From Macrostomum hystrix (lineage: Eukaryota > Animalia > Platyhelminthes), in assembly GCA_950097015.1 (NCBI GenBank), contig CATNEN010000006.1, forward strand, positions 248,001 through 312,000: a stretch of DNA of 64,000 bases, in the 5' to 3' direction. Shown here one piece after another: positions 10,710-23,165 of this stretch (its first letter is position 1; every line of letters starts with the position of its first letter). The position numbers and the translations under genes were made by a program. Below the pieces are notes generated by a model. It saw nothing but the letters and a program-made list of their open reading frames with translations. It was not told the origin of the DNA and made no database searches.

Positions 10710-13700
10710 TCAGTGCGCTGCGGCTGGCTGAATCGGCGGAATTGGCTGGCGGCCATTGATTGGTGGTCGAACCGCCACACGGCCAGCCGGCAGCAGGTCG
10801 GCCGCGGTGACCCTGGCCGCTTCGCCGGCAGCCAGTCGGGCCTGCACCGGTCGGAGGCCTTTCAAATGAATCTCGGCGAAGCGCTCGTTGCCATTGCGCT
10901 GGGCTGGCGGGCCGGACCGGAGCAGGCCGCCCTCGCGCACGCTGACGCCGGGGGCCAGGTCGATGGTCTCCACTAGGGAGGGCGGCAGCGCCTCGACCTT
11001 GGGATCTGGGGCCGGTCCGCTGGGCGGCTGCTGCGGCAGGCGGGGGTCAGAGGCCGCCCCGGCCCGTCTGCCTGCGACTGTCGCTCCTGAAGCGCCCGCC
11101 TGAGGCACTCGGATGCCTCGCTTCAGCGCCTCAAGTCGGGCCTTCTCAGCTTCCAGTTCGGCCTGCAGTACGCGATAGCCGACGTTTACCCTGCGGAGAG
11201 ATTTGGCGCGAGTTCAAATTGTTATTCTTAGAAAGAATTGTTGGGCCAGAAGGCACAGCAGCAGCTATTTTGCAGGGCTTTCAACGGCCACACGACGCAA
11301 ATGTCTTGGCTAAAACTAGCTTTTATATGCGTATTCCCATCTTTCATTGAAATTGTGCTGGTTTAGTAATCAAAATGAACACTTAGCCTGCTCAATGTTT
11401 GTGCAATTTTGATGAAAACATTACATAAAATATAATGCCAGTGGCAGCAGCAGCCGCTTTCGTGTTGTCATTAAATAGTAAAAAGAGCGCTTTTTGGAAG
11501 TAATTTGATCGAAAGATTGTTTTATACATTCGATAAATATTTGGTTAGTCTTAGCTTACATCTTTTTTGATGTGAATTACCGATTGAGTTGTTAAAAAAT
11601 GAAGTATTTTTTCTGATATCATAGCGTCATAGCCACAAACTGTTTCCAACTTGTAAATTGCTTTGAGGGGTAGAGACGAATGAGGGCGTCACGTTATGCT
11701 ACAAAAAAACTATTGCCACCTGCCCCACTAGGGTCAGAAGGTCTGAAGGCTGCGTACGGCTGTTCAGTCCATGGACTGTATGGGCGCCATACCCACCAAC
11801 CAGCAAATACTGTTCCCCATTTAACACGTGGTTGAACTGAAGGCAATCATCAGTTAAGTGTCTTGCTAAAGGACACAAATTGTTCCTGTGGAGTCGGGAA
11901 TCGAACTCCTGACCCTAAATTTGTGAGTCCAACACTGTAGCTACTCGACCACAACCTGACTATGCTACAAATGTCGAACAGGCCTTATTAAGAAGGGTAT
12001 TAGTAAACATAATTTTAATTTTAAAGTGAAATAATATGATTTAAAAACATAGCTGACACTTCCGTATAAATAATTGTGACAGGCAGGTAGGTGAGCACAG
12101 TGAGTATCTCGGATGTCATCAGCCTGGATTACCTGGACGCCGAGGCGTCGCTCGAGCCGCCACTGGCGGGTCGCAGTCGATCGGGTAGCGAAGCGCAACT
12201 GTGATGGCGACACGCGGGTTTGGCTCGGGCAGTGATAGAGGTCAGTTCAGTTTTTTTCTTAAGCCCACTGAGTTTAAAAGCTTGGTGTACAATACTTTTG
12301 CCAATTAGAAATCTTGCTGGGTTTCCGCAAAGCAAAAACGAATGCCTTTGAAAGAAGAAATGCAGAGGCGACACAGAAAGCAACGAAATTGAAATCAAAA
12401 GAAAGATGACGATATGGATTACTTTTAAAAAGCACTTCCAAGGTTGTATCGAAATTATAGAATTTTCAGCTAGCCCAGTTGGGCCGGATGTACACACAAA
12501 GCTGTGTACAGCTTTTCAGTCCATGGACTTGGAAGGCGAGCACACCAATCCAAAAACTATAGCCCAGCTGATGCTGAATTAATGAAAATTGAGTGTCATG
12601 CTCAGAAATAACACTTTTTTCATCTGGGAAGGGATTCGAACTCCTGACCATTCCGTCACAACAGCGGCCTGCGAGCCTGGCCGTTTTACCGCTTGCCGCA
12701 GCTCACCTGTGCATGGGTAGCCTGTCAGCCGGTATCTTCACCACGCTGACCACATTGCCTGCTTCATCATAGATGACCTCCTTGTTGCCGGGCGGCCGGC
12801 CGGCCTGCACCTTCAGGATGCTGAGGCAGGAAGCCGGCATGCCGGCCACGCCAGTGCCGGTGGCGGCTGAGGCGGCGGCGCCGCGCCGCGGATCCTCGAG
12901 GTCGCGCATTCGCTGCTCGGTCTCCAACAGAGTCTCGCTCATCGCCGACAGGCCGGCCGACTTCAGCTTGCCCCGGTAGGGCCGGAACCGGAACCGGGCG
13001 CCGGGTTTCGAACCGGGCGGCTCCGTTGGCGCCGCCTCCTCCGACTCCGGGCCTGTGGCTTCGGTCTCGGCCTCAACCTCGGCGATGAAAGCGGCCGCTG
13101 CTGCCTCTGCTGCGGCATTGAATTTACCTTCCTCGCTGTCGCCTCGAGTCGCTGCCAAAAGGTCAGCGTCGTCCTCCTCGGCAATCGGCTCCGGCTGCGG
13201 CGCTGGTGTTGATAGTCGCGAGGAGCGGGGAGTCAGGACCGTCTTCGGGATGCAGCCCTGGCCCCAGGAGTCGATAGTGGCTGATGGCGGCTCGCGATCC
13301 TCCGACCAGGCCTCGCTGACCAGCCGCGTCTCGCATTCGCCCTCGTCGTGGGCGAGAAAGTTCCACTGGACGGGTTCGGCGGAGTGTGCACATTGCTTAG
13401 CTTTCTTTACAGTATAAAAAGAGCACTGTGGTATTTCAAATGCCCACATTTCTCTTTTTTCTTTATCTCCTCAAACATTCAACCAATCGCCATGAAAATC
13501 GAGAACACGAGCTAAATTTTTCCAATCTGTCCGATGAAACAACTTCCAGAATCACAAAACATCAGCAGCGTCGAGATATTCAATGATTCTCCTGGTTGTT
13601 TCTGGTGGCAAGAACCCCAAATGTGCGCATAGTTGTTCTGCTCACAAAATTTCATCATGTAATCATGTCGGCTAGCAATGTTGACTATTTGGATTAATTA

Positions 13701-14259
13701 CAAAATTTGTTCATTTTTTTCATTTTTGAACCAATATGAATTCCCATAGAAGTTTATTAACAGCAATTTATTCAAACCAGCGAAGTAGGCAGTGGGTATT
13801 GAAATATCACCGGGGTCTTTCCCAGGGGAGAAATATAGTGGTCCTCCTACTGTAAATAATCAGCTAAAGTCACATAATTATTAAGTTCAAATACCTCAAT
13901 GATCTGAAGCATAGCATCCTTGGCCAGTGATACTGTGTACGGAATGAGTTGCCGCTGCAGATACTTCTCATAGATCTCGCTTAGAGCTGAATTTACAACT
14001 TCGTTTACTATTCCCACTACGAAATCCTCGTTATCGCTGGGTCCCACAGCGAGGTTCCTGATGGAGATGATGGTGGGAAGATTGTGTACTTTTTGGTTTT
14101 ACAGCTAAATTAGATTCGAGAGAATAAAAAGAGAAATATCTAGTACCAGTCATGTTCCGTGAATTTTCCAGGAATGATTTCGTGCTGAACGGCCGGATTT
14201 GGCGTCGACTGAGTTCCCTTGCCGCGATCAGCGCGACTTTTAGCTGGCTGGCGGGACAT
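10710..14259 (-). CDS. C2orf81: C2orf81-like (DUF4639-type) protein, about 471 aa (493 aa with the optional exon)
   Basis: Exons 14259-14147, 14057-13895, 13365-12707, optional 12198-12133 and 11190-10710, all phase-compatible. Motifs IIPGKFTEHDW, YLQRQLIPYTVSLAKDAMLQIIE|WNFLAHDEGE, EDREPPSATIDSWGQGCIP and LPPSLVETIDLAPGV match my recollection of vertebrate C2orf81. Confidence 0.83.
11735..11960 (-). mobile_element. SINE family B (tRNA head plus TTTAGCAAGACACTTAAC central domain)
   Basis: B-box GTTCGATTCCCGACTCCAC (minus strand), central GTGTCCTTTAGCAAGACACTTAAC, and tail CAGTCCATGGACTGAACAGCCGTACGCAGCCTTCAG. Confidence 0.8.
12480..12655 (-). mobile_element. SINE family B, diverged
   Basis: TTCAGTCCATGGAC tail motif and a GGATTCGAACTCCTGACC B-box complement. 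Confidence 0.55.
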
Positions 14260-16309
14260 TTGGCTGATGCTCCGCTGCGGTCTAGTCAAGGATTCGGTGG
14301 TTCTCCGACTCTAATCACAAGTTTTGATCTCTGAAATATTTTAACACATTTCCATTTTTAAATCTGCTTGACTGCAAATAAACTCAGTGCAAAATAGTGT
14401 CTAATATGAGGTACTCTGCATAGATATGCAGATATGCAGCTATTTAATATCGTTGATTAGTCTACACAATTGAAAGGACTAAAAGGCTTAGTAAAATAAA
14501 GCTTATGTTTATATCTCGAAGTATAAAATGCTTATACTTCGAACTTATTATTATTTAGAATCTATATTATATGCAATAATCCAGGAAACGTTGCGAAAAT
14601 TCCCAATGTATAAATATATATTATTGCCTACTGCCTACTTTGATACAAAAGTAATTAAAGAGCAATTAAAATTAGCTTAAAATATTAGTCTTTATCTTTA
14701 GTTAAAACGTTTCCGTAACAACACAGACGGGAAAGTAGAGAGATAAATACTGTATGATGTTATGCTGTGTATGTAGCTATTTAACAACGACTTATATTTA
14801 AAGTAATATGTGAAATAACATGGGGTGCGAGATATACAAGTATTGGACATACAGGTACGATAAATCGACAACAGTCCAGCCAGGCTATAATCTGCCGCTG
14901 CTACGTTAAACAAAATAAGTTTTATCGAATCAACTTTTTTATTAAAACTTTCTCTTATACACCGAATAGGACAGGTTCACGAAAAAAAATTGTTTGCCTT
15001 TTTCTTTCATGCCTTTCATAAAATTCCTTGAGCATTTAACTGAAGCAGTAATATCTCTATACAGATCACGTGTAGTCCGTCAATAGGGTTTGAACTGCTT
15101 AGGACATATAGGAAAGTATTATTGGATCTAACTACTAATATTAAACCTACCTATATCCTACACGATTCAAAACAAAACCTTAAAAACTTGTGATTTAAAT
15201 TTTTGCGCATTGCCGTTCACAAAGTAACCAAAAAGATAAACAAAATATTGTTTTTATTTCTAAAGTAGTAAAGATAAAAATATTTTTAACTGGCTATTAG
15301 TGCACAAAGCGGAATAAGTTTTATGAAAATGATATTCTTTATTCATTTAAAAGTACAATCGCAGCGTCCATGAAATTTAAGCGACTGACTTCTAAATTCT
15401 TTATAATTCATGCTTGGGTGAGGCGGCTGGTTATTCTTTTGTTAAATTTCTATTCATTATATTTTCTTATATTTTCTTACAGGAAACAGATGCCTGTTGA
15501 TATCTAAAGTTAAAGTTATCTAGCTACATTCTAGTTTTACAATCATTAATAACATTTATATTGACCACAGTTTTTCGAATCGATTTACTTAAATAAACTG
15601 GTCTATCTAAATTCTCACTTCGCATGTATTGGTCATCTAACTTTGAATCTTCAATTTGATTGATATACATTCGATGTTCGGTGTTCGACGTTTAAAAGTT
15701 TTAAGTAAGAGAGCCATACAAGGATATAACAGAAAAATAATTCGTGAAATATCCTTAAGTATTTTTACATCTGTCTAATTGTTTTGCTTCTGTTATTGTA
15801 AAAGCAAAAGGTAAACAAACTGTACTTGTCAATATCAATGAATTTGTTGTTAGAAAGCATATAAATCGGCTTCTTGTCTAATATTTTCGGAGCAGCATAG
15901 TTTGGTGGTGTAATCTTTTCAAGACGCTTTGAATGATTGACACCATTTAATGTGCAACACCTACACCATTTAATATATTCTTATTATTTTTTCTTTACTC
16001 GAGAACATAAAATAGAAAACAATTAATACTAGTTTTTTGTATTAATAGAAAATGCACTTTGCATGTTTTATGATTTATTCTAGGCTTTAAAACTAACAAG
16101 CACATTTTTGTACAATAGAATGCAATCATTCAGCTACATTACTTTATGTGAACATTAGTTAAAATATGATAGTTGCCCTCCTATTCTAAATGTCTATATA
16201 AAAAGCTTATTTAATTTTATCTGAAGAGCTAGAATAAACGGGAGATATCGATATGTTAAAGAATTTAGGCTTACAAAAATCAAATTCATTTACAGAAGCA
16301 GCTTGAAGA

Positions 16310-18556
16310 ATGTCCTTTGGACCACCAACAACAAACGGAGTTGGCGGCAAACGTGGAGGTGCTTGTGGCGGTGGTGTTGGTCGCTCCAAAGCGGGCGCCA
16401 GTGTCAGCGGCGCCGCGGTTGGCCGCTCAGACATTCAGGAGCGACTGCGAGAGCTCCAGAGTCGTCGAGACGCCTGGATGCAGCAGCGAGACAGATCGAT
16501 GGGCTCCTCGCCAGCGGATGCAGCTCCGCTGACAGCGCTAGAGACACCGAAGCCGCGGAAACAGCAGCAGCAGCAGCAGCAACGGACATCGACTGCCGCC
16601 CCGGCTCAAGCCCAACCTGCCACCTCGGGCCTGTTGGACCGGGTTCGGGTAGAACTGGATGACATCGAGAGAGAGGTCCGCGCCAGCGCCGGCCTTCCAA
16701 GAACTTCGCCAGCAGCGGCTGCAGCATTTCCTGTGTCGGCAACATCGAGCAAATCAGTAACTTCAGCTTCTGGCGGCGGTGGCTTGCGCCCAGTCAGCCA
16801 CTTCTGCCCGGTCTGCGGCCGCCTGATGCTCGGTGCCGCGCTGGCGCCGCAGCTCCTGTCTCCATGTGGACACAGCGTTTGTGCCGGCTGCTCGCCGCGG
16901 CCAGAGGAGACGACGCCACCGCTCTGCTGCCCGCACTGCGGCCTTCGAGTCTCCGGCGTTCGACCCGATGCCGCCCTGCGAACCGCTATTAATGCCTTCG
17001 CTGGCGGTGCGGGCTCTGCCACCTCTGCTGGATCGGCGACGTCAGTAGCTGACGCTGACACGGCTGCCGGAGCTGCGGCTGCGAGACGATGGCTGCAGCA
17101 GCTGGACGTGATCAGCGGCCGGATGCGGCAGCTTGATGCCAGTATGGAGGCCCTGCAGGCGGAAGTAGCGCAGCTGACTGGCCAGCTGGAGGCCGAGGCG
17201 TCACGTGACCGGCAGCTGGCAGCATCCGAGGCTGCAGCGCGCAAAGAAATTAGCCGGCTACAGGTATGATCTTGCTGATTCAGGTCACTGGCATTCAGTA
17301 GCAAGGAGAAATTCGCACATTAATTTGACAGGAGAGTGATAACCTAGTGGCTTGTGCGTCGGACTCACAACTTGAAGGTCGCGGGTTCGATTCCCGACTC
17401 CACAGGAATGAATTTTACCCTTTAGCAAGACACTTAACTTTGCATTGCTTCAGTTCAATCTACCAGCATCAGTTGCGGTAATAGAGGGTGGGTTTGCCGT
17501 CCATGCTTCAGTCCAGCCTGAGACGTGCAGCCTTCAGATGTGCCGCGCAATAGCTGCGGCTGTGGAATCGGCTGCACATGTGGGCTTATCATGGCTGTTC
17601 TAATTTCCGCAGTTTACCATGAACTAGCTTTCAAAGCCGTACGAACCAGCATCGTCTAGATATTCAGCGATTCTTGTCGAGTGCCCTTGTGTCAAGGACA
17701 AATGGCATTGTTCACTATGAACCTCTTTGGCGAATCCATATCGGTTCAAAAGTGTATAAATTCACTATTTTATCAATACAATTTAGTCAACAGTAATAAT
17801 AATTTAATAATTATTGCAGGAGGGCTGCGGGCAGTGGCACATCATTTGGTGACACTAGACCCGCAGCCAGCGAGGAGGCAATTCTGCCCATTTCGCTGAC
17901 TCCTGAGCACACACGCACACAGATACTGTACGCAGGCACACGCTCACACAGGTGTGTACATCTGCCCTGACTTTCTCATCATCAGGCAGTGTACTCTTCA
18001 CTGTGCCTTGGAGGTTGGCCCTCAAGGGCGACACAATTGCACGACAAGCCCTCAAGCCTTCTCTCTGCGGCTGCGCCCCAAAAGAATATGGCCTCGCCGT
18101 GGAATCGAACTTAGGGACCGTGGTGCGAGACGCAAACGCGATAACCGCTCTGCCACCGACCCCCCACATGATAATAATTTGGCATTATTACATGATGTCA
18201 AATTTTGTGAGCAGAAAAGTTTTGCCTATTTTGTATTTTTTCCACCAGACACACCAACGAGAATCTTGAATATCTCAACGATGCCGAGGTTTTGTGATTC
18301 TGGAATCACATTCCAGTAACAACATTTACAAAGCGGCCTACTACTCGAGTAGCAATTAAAGCATTTATTTAATTACCTTCTCGCACACCAGGCCGAGTTG
18401 CAGAATCTGTCCGAGCAGCGCTCGGTGTCGCGCGACAACCAGGCCTTCATCCAGTCCGAGATCGACGCCAAGAAGGAGGCCATCCAGGGCGCCTTCGCCT
18501 CCCAGCAGCTGGTCAGCCAGGAGCTGGCTAAGTTGCAGAGGCTCTGTGCAGCCTAA
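16310..18556 (+). CDS. RING-finger (C3HC4) and coiled-coil protein, probable E3 ligase (372 aa)
   Basis: Exon 1 16310-17263 contains CPVC-x16-CGHSVCAGC-x12-CPHC followed by a heptad-rich helix; donor CAG|GTATGA. Exon 2 18392-18556 (AELQNLSEQRS...LQRLCAA*) is in phase 0. Confidence 0.85.
17330..17560 (+). mobile_element. SINE family B
   Basis: CCTAGTGGCTTGTGCGTCGGACTCACAACTTGAAGGTCGCGGGTTCGATTCCCGACTCCAC head; CTTTAGCAAGACACTTAAC; GCAGCCTTCAG tail. Confidence 0.82.
17806..18170 (-). mobile_element. SINE family A, full-length tRNA-headed copy
   Basis: Head with A-box TGGCAGAGCGG and B-box-like AAGTTCGATTCC, non-tRNA body, and 10-bp TSD ATAATAATTT (17796-17805 and 18171-18180). Confidence 0.85.
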
Positions 18557-18764
18557 GAACTAAATTGCAAATTAGGCCTTGTTTTGTGCTCCTGTATTTA
18601 ATGTCTTCTTAATTTATTTATGCCTATTTTAATTGTGCTCTGCTAAATAAAAAACGTGCGTTTAGAAAACTTACGAATTCCTAAAGGTACCTTAATGTAG
18701 TAGTAAGTACTAATTTGCAGGGGATTATAATCACGGTTGCTTCCTTCAGAAGGTAATTCCTGAG

Positions 18765-18860
18765 CACATACTCACACAGGTGTGAAAACCTGCTTTGACA
18801 TTCTCATCGTCAGTCAGTTTAAACTCTCACTGTGCATTGGAATTTGGCCTTCGAATTAGT
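18765..18860 (-). mobile_element. SINE family A fragment
   Basis: Diverged match: CTCACACAGGTGTG...TTCTCATCGTCAG...CTCTCACTGTGC. Confidence 0.6.
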
Positions 18861-20242
18861 TGTGACGACCGTCGGGATCTTCAACAGAAGCAGCCGTCTT
18901 AGAGATGCCGATCTGGTGCTTTTGTTGAAGGTCCCGACGGTACCACCGATGCTCTAAGGTTCAATGATGAGATTTTGCGAGCAGAAAAATCATGCCTATA
19001 TTGGTGGTTACCCGACGGGGTGAGTGGGTCAGCGGCTAATGTCGCTGCCTCCCTTTCCAATGGTCGCTGGTTCGTTTCTCCCTCCAAGTCACGATTATCT
19101 CGGGGCTTAGTTGAGGGTCTTCGAAGTAGTGACTTGCAGAGATGCACCTTATTCTGTGCAACCAAAGCTAATTTAAAATAGCTTAACCCCTGCCTTCTGA
19201 ATGCCTGCTTGTTTGTGTTTGTGTTTGTGCGTTGGGCCGGGTGTGAGGCGTTGTATGGGGGGTGGGGCGGATGTGCACCAGCCATGCGTGCTCTGAGCGG
19301 CGAGGTTTCACCAGCCGTCTGCGCGCGTGGCTTGGTCCTCTCGTCCCTACCCTTCAGGCATCTAAGTCCTCCCCTGGTTTGGTCTGCTCTGTGCGTGTGT
19401 GGGCCTAGCTGCCTTCCCCGCTTGGCTTGCGGCTGTGTGTGAGGTGCCTGTGTCCAGGGGTCTAGATGGCGCGATGGGCGACTCCCGCCTAGTTCGCCGG
19501 CCTGGGGGCATGCCGTTCCTGCGCTTGTGCGTCAAGTGCCCCAGGCCCCCTGCAATTTGAAATATCCTATAGTATTTTGAAATGATATACTCGTAGTAGT
19601 GATAGGTTTTGAAAAATTTACAACAATTTAACGCAGCGAAAAATTTGTGAGACCTACGTGATGACAAATTTTCTTCAATTATCAGAAGATGAAGAAAAAT
19701 TTTTTCAATGCAAGGCATGTAATATATTTTAAACATCAATCAAAATCGGAAACAATGCACAGGAAAGCACGTATTAAGCTGATGAAAATGTAAGATTAAA
19801 AAAAAATGTTGTGAAAAGTCAGGCACAAGCCGGAAATGAGACTAGTTATTTATTCTAAAAAATCTACGAGTACAATACGCTCGTAAACTCAGTTGGCTTG
19901 GCACACAATGCTAACCCAGCTGAGCAATGACCAGAGCTGAGATTCGTGCGGTTGTTAGCTGAATGAATCTGCAAGTTTTCTTCAAGCATTCAGTTAGTTC
20001 ACATTTAGTTCCAAAAAGCACCAGTCGGCTATAATATTATACTGCTCACCATTAGAAATTTTAATTATAAGAAAGCTAATAATGAATTCAATGAGTATTT
20101 GAAGGGTTTCAATTTGAAAGTATGATTAACAGAAATAAATAAAAATAAATATTCGTTAAAATATGTCGAGCGGATAACATGATATTCGATGTAACAATCC
20201 GACTGGATAAAAACAGGATAAGCATATTGTGTACATGTACTT

Positions 20243-21315
20243 CTATGCTGCGTACAGTGCAGTCGCGTAGTCAGGATCAACGCTCCTCCATGTGCTTGTC
20301 TCCTCCGTGATGCTGTCGCTGTAGTCCTCAGCTGTTGTCGTCGTCTGCCGCCTGCAGTCCCTCTGGTCATTGTTGGCCGCAGCCAGCAACTCCGCCACCG
20401 GCTGTTTTAACTTGCCAAAATCAGCCTCCAGCTCGGAGGCGGCAGCGCGTAACTCGGCCACCAGCCAGCCGAGGCGTCGGTCGCGTCGGCGTCGGCTCCA
20501 GAGTTCGCAGCCCGAATTCTCGATCGAAGCTGCCGACTCGACGCAGGCGATTTGACGCGACGTCTCGCGCTGCACCGACTGCGAGCTGGTCGACTGCGGC
20601 GCCGGCAGGTCGTTGGCGATGCTGGCGTTGAGAGCGATGACTCGCAGAGACAAGTGGCGCGCCAGCTGCCTGGCCTGACGATTGCTGCAGACAGCGAAAG
20701 TGGAGAAAGGAGGCTCAAATCAATGGAGTTTATGTTCTCAAGCATTCAGTACTCAAATCAAGGGCTAAATCGTTTCGCTAAATTTAATCGAGTCTATTTG
20801 CTTCGTTCAAGCAGTGGCGAGGACAGGACTTTTGTCTAGCGGGGCCGCGCCTTTACTCGTACTATGAAGCTGTACATATAGTATCGTCAGCCGATTATGT
20901 GGGCGCAGTCTCCATGCCCCCTATCGGATGTTGCTTGAAGTAATCTGCTCTGGATTATCGCCGTATCTTACCAGCCCGGACAGCAGGACATTAGACCCAT
21001 CGTCGCGGCGGCCATTGTGCGGAGCCGAAAATTGGCCAGCCAAATCAGGTCGCAGTTCTGTGTGCCGCTGTGCGGCAGAGCCTTCCAGCACTTGGATGCT
21101 ACGGTGAGGCCAGCACCGGCCGTTGCCGCGGTCTCGAAGTGATTCAACAAAAGGCGGATCTTCTGCGCATGTCGGTAGGCCAGGTCCAGTCCGAGGGCCA
21201 CGTGGCGTTGTTCTTGACAGCTGGCTGATTCAAGGCTCGCCAGCGCTGGCACCACACAGGCAGCGGATGCGGCTACCAGAGAGAGCAGCGTCACAGCGAG
21301 CAGTGTCAAGTTCAT
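20243..21315 (-). CDS. Secreted Cys-containing helical protein of unknown family (261 aa)
   Basis: Exon 1 21315-20972 begins with a signal peptide (MNLTLLAVTLLSLVAASAA) and ends at donor TG|GTAAGA. Exon 2 20684-20243 starts at acceptor ctgcag|C. The phase-2 join fuses two ORF-track ORFs in frame. Confidence 0.7.
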
Positions 21316-21693
21316 GGTTGCTATATGTTGCAGTTTTGCGCAAAACTTAACCTATTGTGGCAGTCCAGCTGAGACTTATATCAACTCGAGAGTTCTGCGT
21401 CGCATCAATTCCGTGGAAATTCCTAGTCCGGGTGCCGGGTGACCCCAGCCTCTGGCGATGCTAAAAATAGCAACAGCCGGATAAACTTTCTAGGAAAGTT
21501 AGCAACACTGCACTTTGGATTTTCCAATTTTTCAAAAGCGAGCAAAATTGGCTTGACAAGCCGGAAGGACCCAAGTTCTGGTGTTTGAACAGACTTGCAT
21601 TTTTACTTGCATTTACTCGTAGATGCTAAATACGAGTAGTTACGTTTTTACGCTTTCATCAAGTTCGAGACATTTGAAATTTTTATTCATTAA

Positions 21694-21915
21694 CAATAGA
21701 ACTATACCAAGTGGGAGATTCCCCTTGACAATTACTATTTTTGCTGAGCAACGCAAGCACACGAAACTCAAGAACACGGGCCAAATGTCTATTGCGCCTT
21801 TTCTGAAATAGGAATCAAGTTGCCAGCCCTTCAGACAGTCGAAAAATTCAACGGATCTGGTGGAAGATATGATTTTTCCCATAAGAACTAGTCTTACTCA
21901 TACACCCCTATACAC
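21694..21915 (+). mobile_element. Left-end fragment of the same TTAA element
   Basis: TTAA followed by CAATAGAACTATACCAAG. Shares GCAAGCACACGAAACTCAAGAACACGGGCCAA and CCCATAAGA.CTAGT...CATACACCCCTATACAC with 55794-56025. Confidence 0.78.
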
Positions 21916-22494
21916 TATCGAGGTCTATACGCCTAATGAATAACTTTCTGAGGTCCTAATTGCAAGACTTTTCACGTCTCTCGAGTAAAAAATGTAGTCA
22001 ATATATAGTAAAATATCCAACTGGTTTCAGCCGATTAAACTAAAATAAGTTTTTTAAGCAAAATTTCAACAACGAGCTTGTGATATTGCGGTTGTACTTA
22101 GCAGATGCAAATTTTCTACCCGAGCTAAAGAAAAAGCGGTTGCTTTTTCTGCTTGCCAACCCAGACTATAGTCAACAGCCAGCAGCTGTTTTGCCCCGAC
22201 AGGCCTCTGGCAGCGATAATAAATTTCTGTAACTATAGACAGCATAGTAGGAGTCTGCTGACTGTGGCAAGGAAGCGGGCCTTAACTTTTGTCGGCTCGC
22301 CTGCCAACAGATGATTAGGTGGGGTGCAGTCAGAACTGCAGGCCCTATTAAAGCTTGGTTTCGTTTGACCCGGGAGCAATGTTGGTCTTCCACTGTGCGC
22401 ATCTGCTTCCGTCACAATCTAGTCTGTCTGCTTTGCCTAGGACACACTGAAGCCAGGTAAGGATCTGATCGTGAGATAGATAACTATCAACCGA

Positions 22495-22544
22495 TCAATC
22501 AATCAATCTATCTATCTATCTATCTATCTATCCATCTATCTATA

Positions 22545-22579
<35 letters not shown>

Positions 22580-22622
22580 ATATCTATCTATCCATCTATC
22601 TATCTATCCATATATCTATCTA
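22495..22622. repeat. (TCTA)n microsatellite
   Basis: Directly visible. Confidence 0.95.
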
Positions 22623-22964
22623 CGATCCGATTTCAATCCTCTGATGACTAATCTAAATTCTGACAGAAAGCATGACACAAAGCTATATTGGGTAAACTGG
22701 AACTGAAGTCTCAAACGAAACCGAATGCTGATCAGTCAGTTGCAAGTCTCTAGTCTAGCATTGGCTGAGCAAGGCTCACTCACCGTGCTCGGAATCCAAT
22801 AACCTGAGCCCAATTTTTTGAGTAATCACGTGACAGTGAGATCAGATTAAGTCAAGCGTGTGTTCTACTTTTACTAAGGCAGAGAATAACGTTTTAACTA
22901 CAGCAAGTTATTAGTAAATTTATTTAATACTCGTGCCCCAACTGGGCCACATGGGAAGCCGACA

Positions 22965-23165
22965 GCTCTTGCTAAAGGCTGCGTACGGCTGTTCAGTCCA
23001 TGGACTGGGGGGGACGCCAGACCAACCCTCAAATACACCAGCTAATGCTGGTACCTATTTGACAGCTGGGTGAATTGAAGCAGTACAGAGTTAAGTGTCT
23101 TGCTAAAGGACATCGATTTCTGTTCGGAAATCGAACACCCGAGGCTCTAACCGCTTGGCTACAAC
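22965..23165 (-). mobile_element. SINE family B
   Basis: AAGGCTGCGTACGGCTGTTCAGTCCATGGACTG...CAGCTGGGTGAATTGAAGCA...GTTAAGTGTCTTGCTAAAGGACA. Confidence 0.8.
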
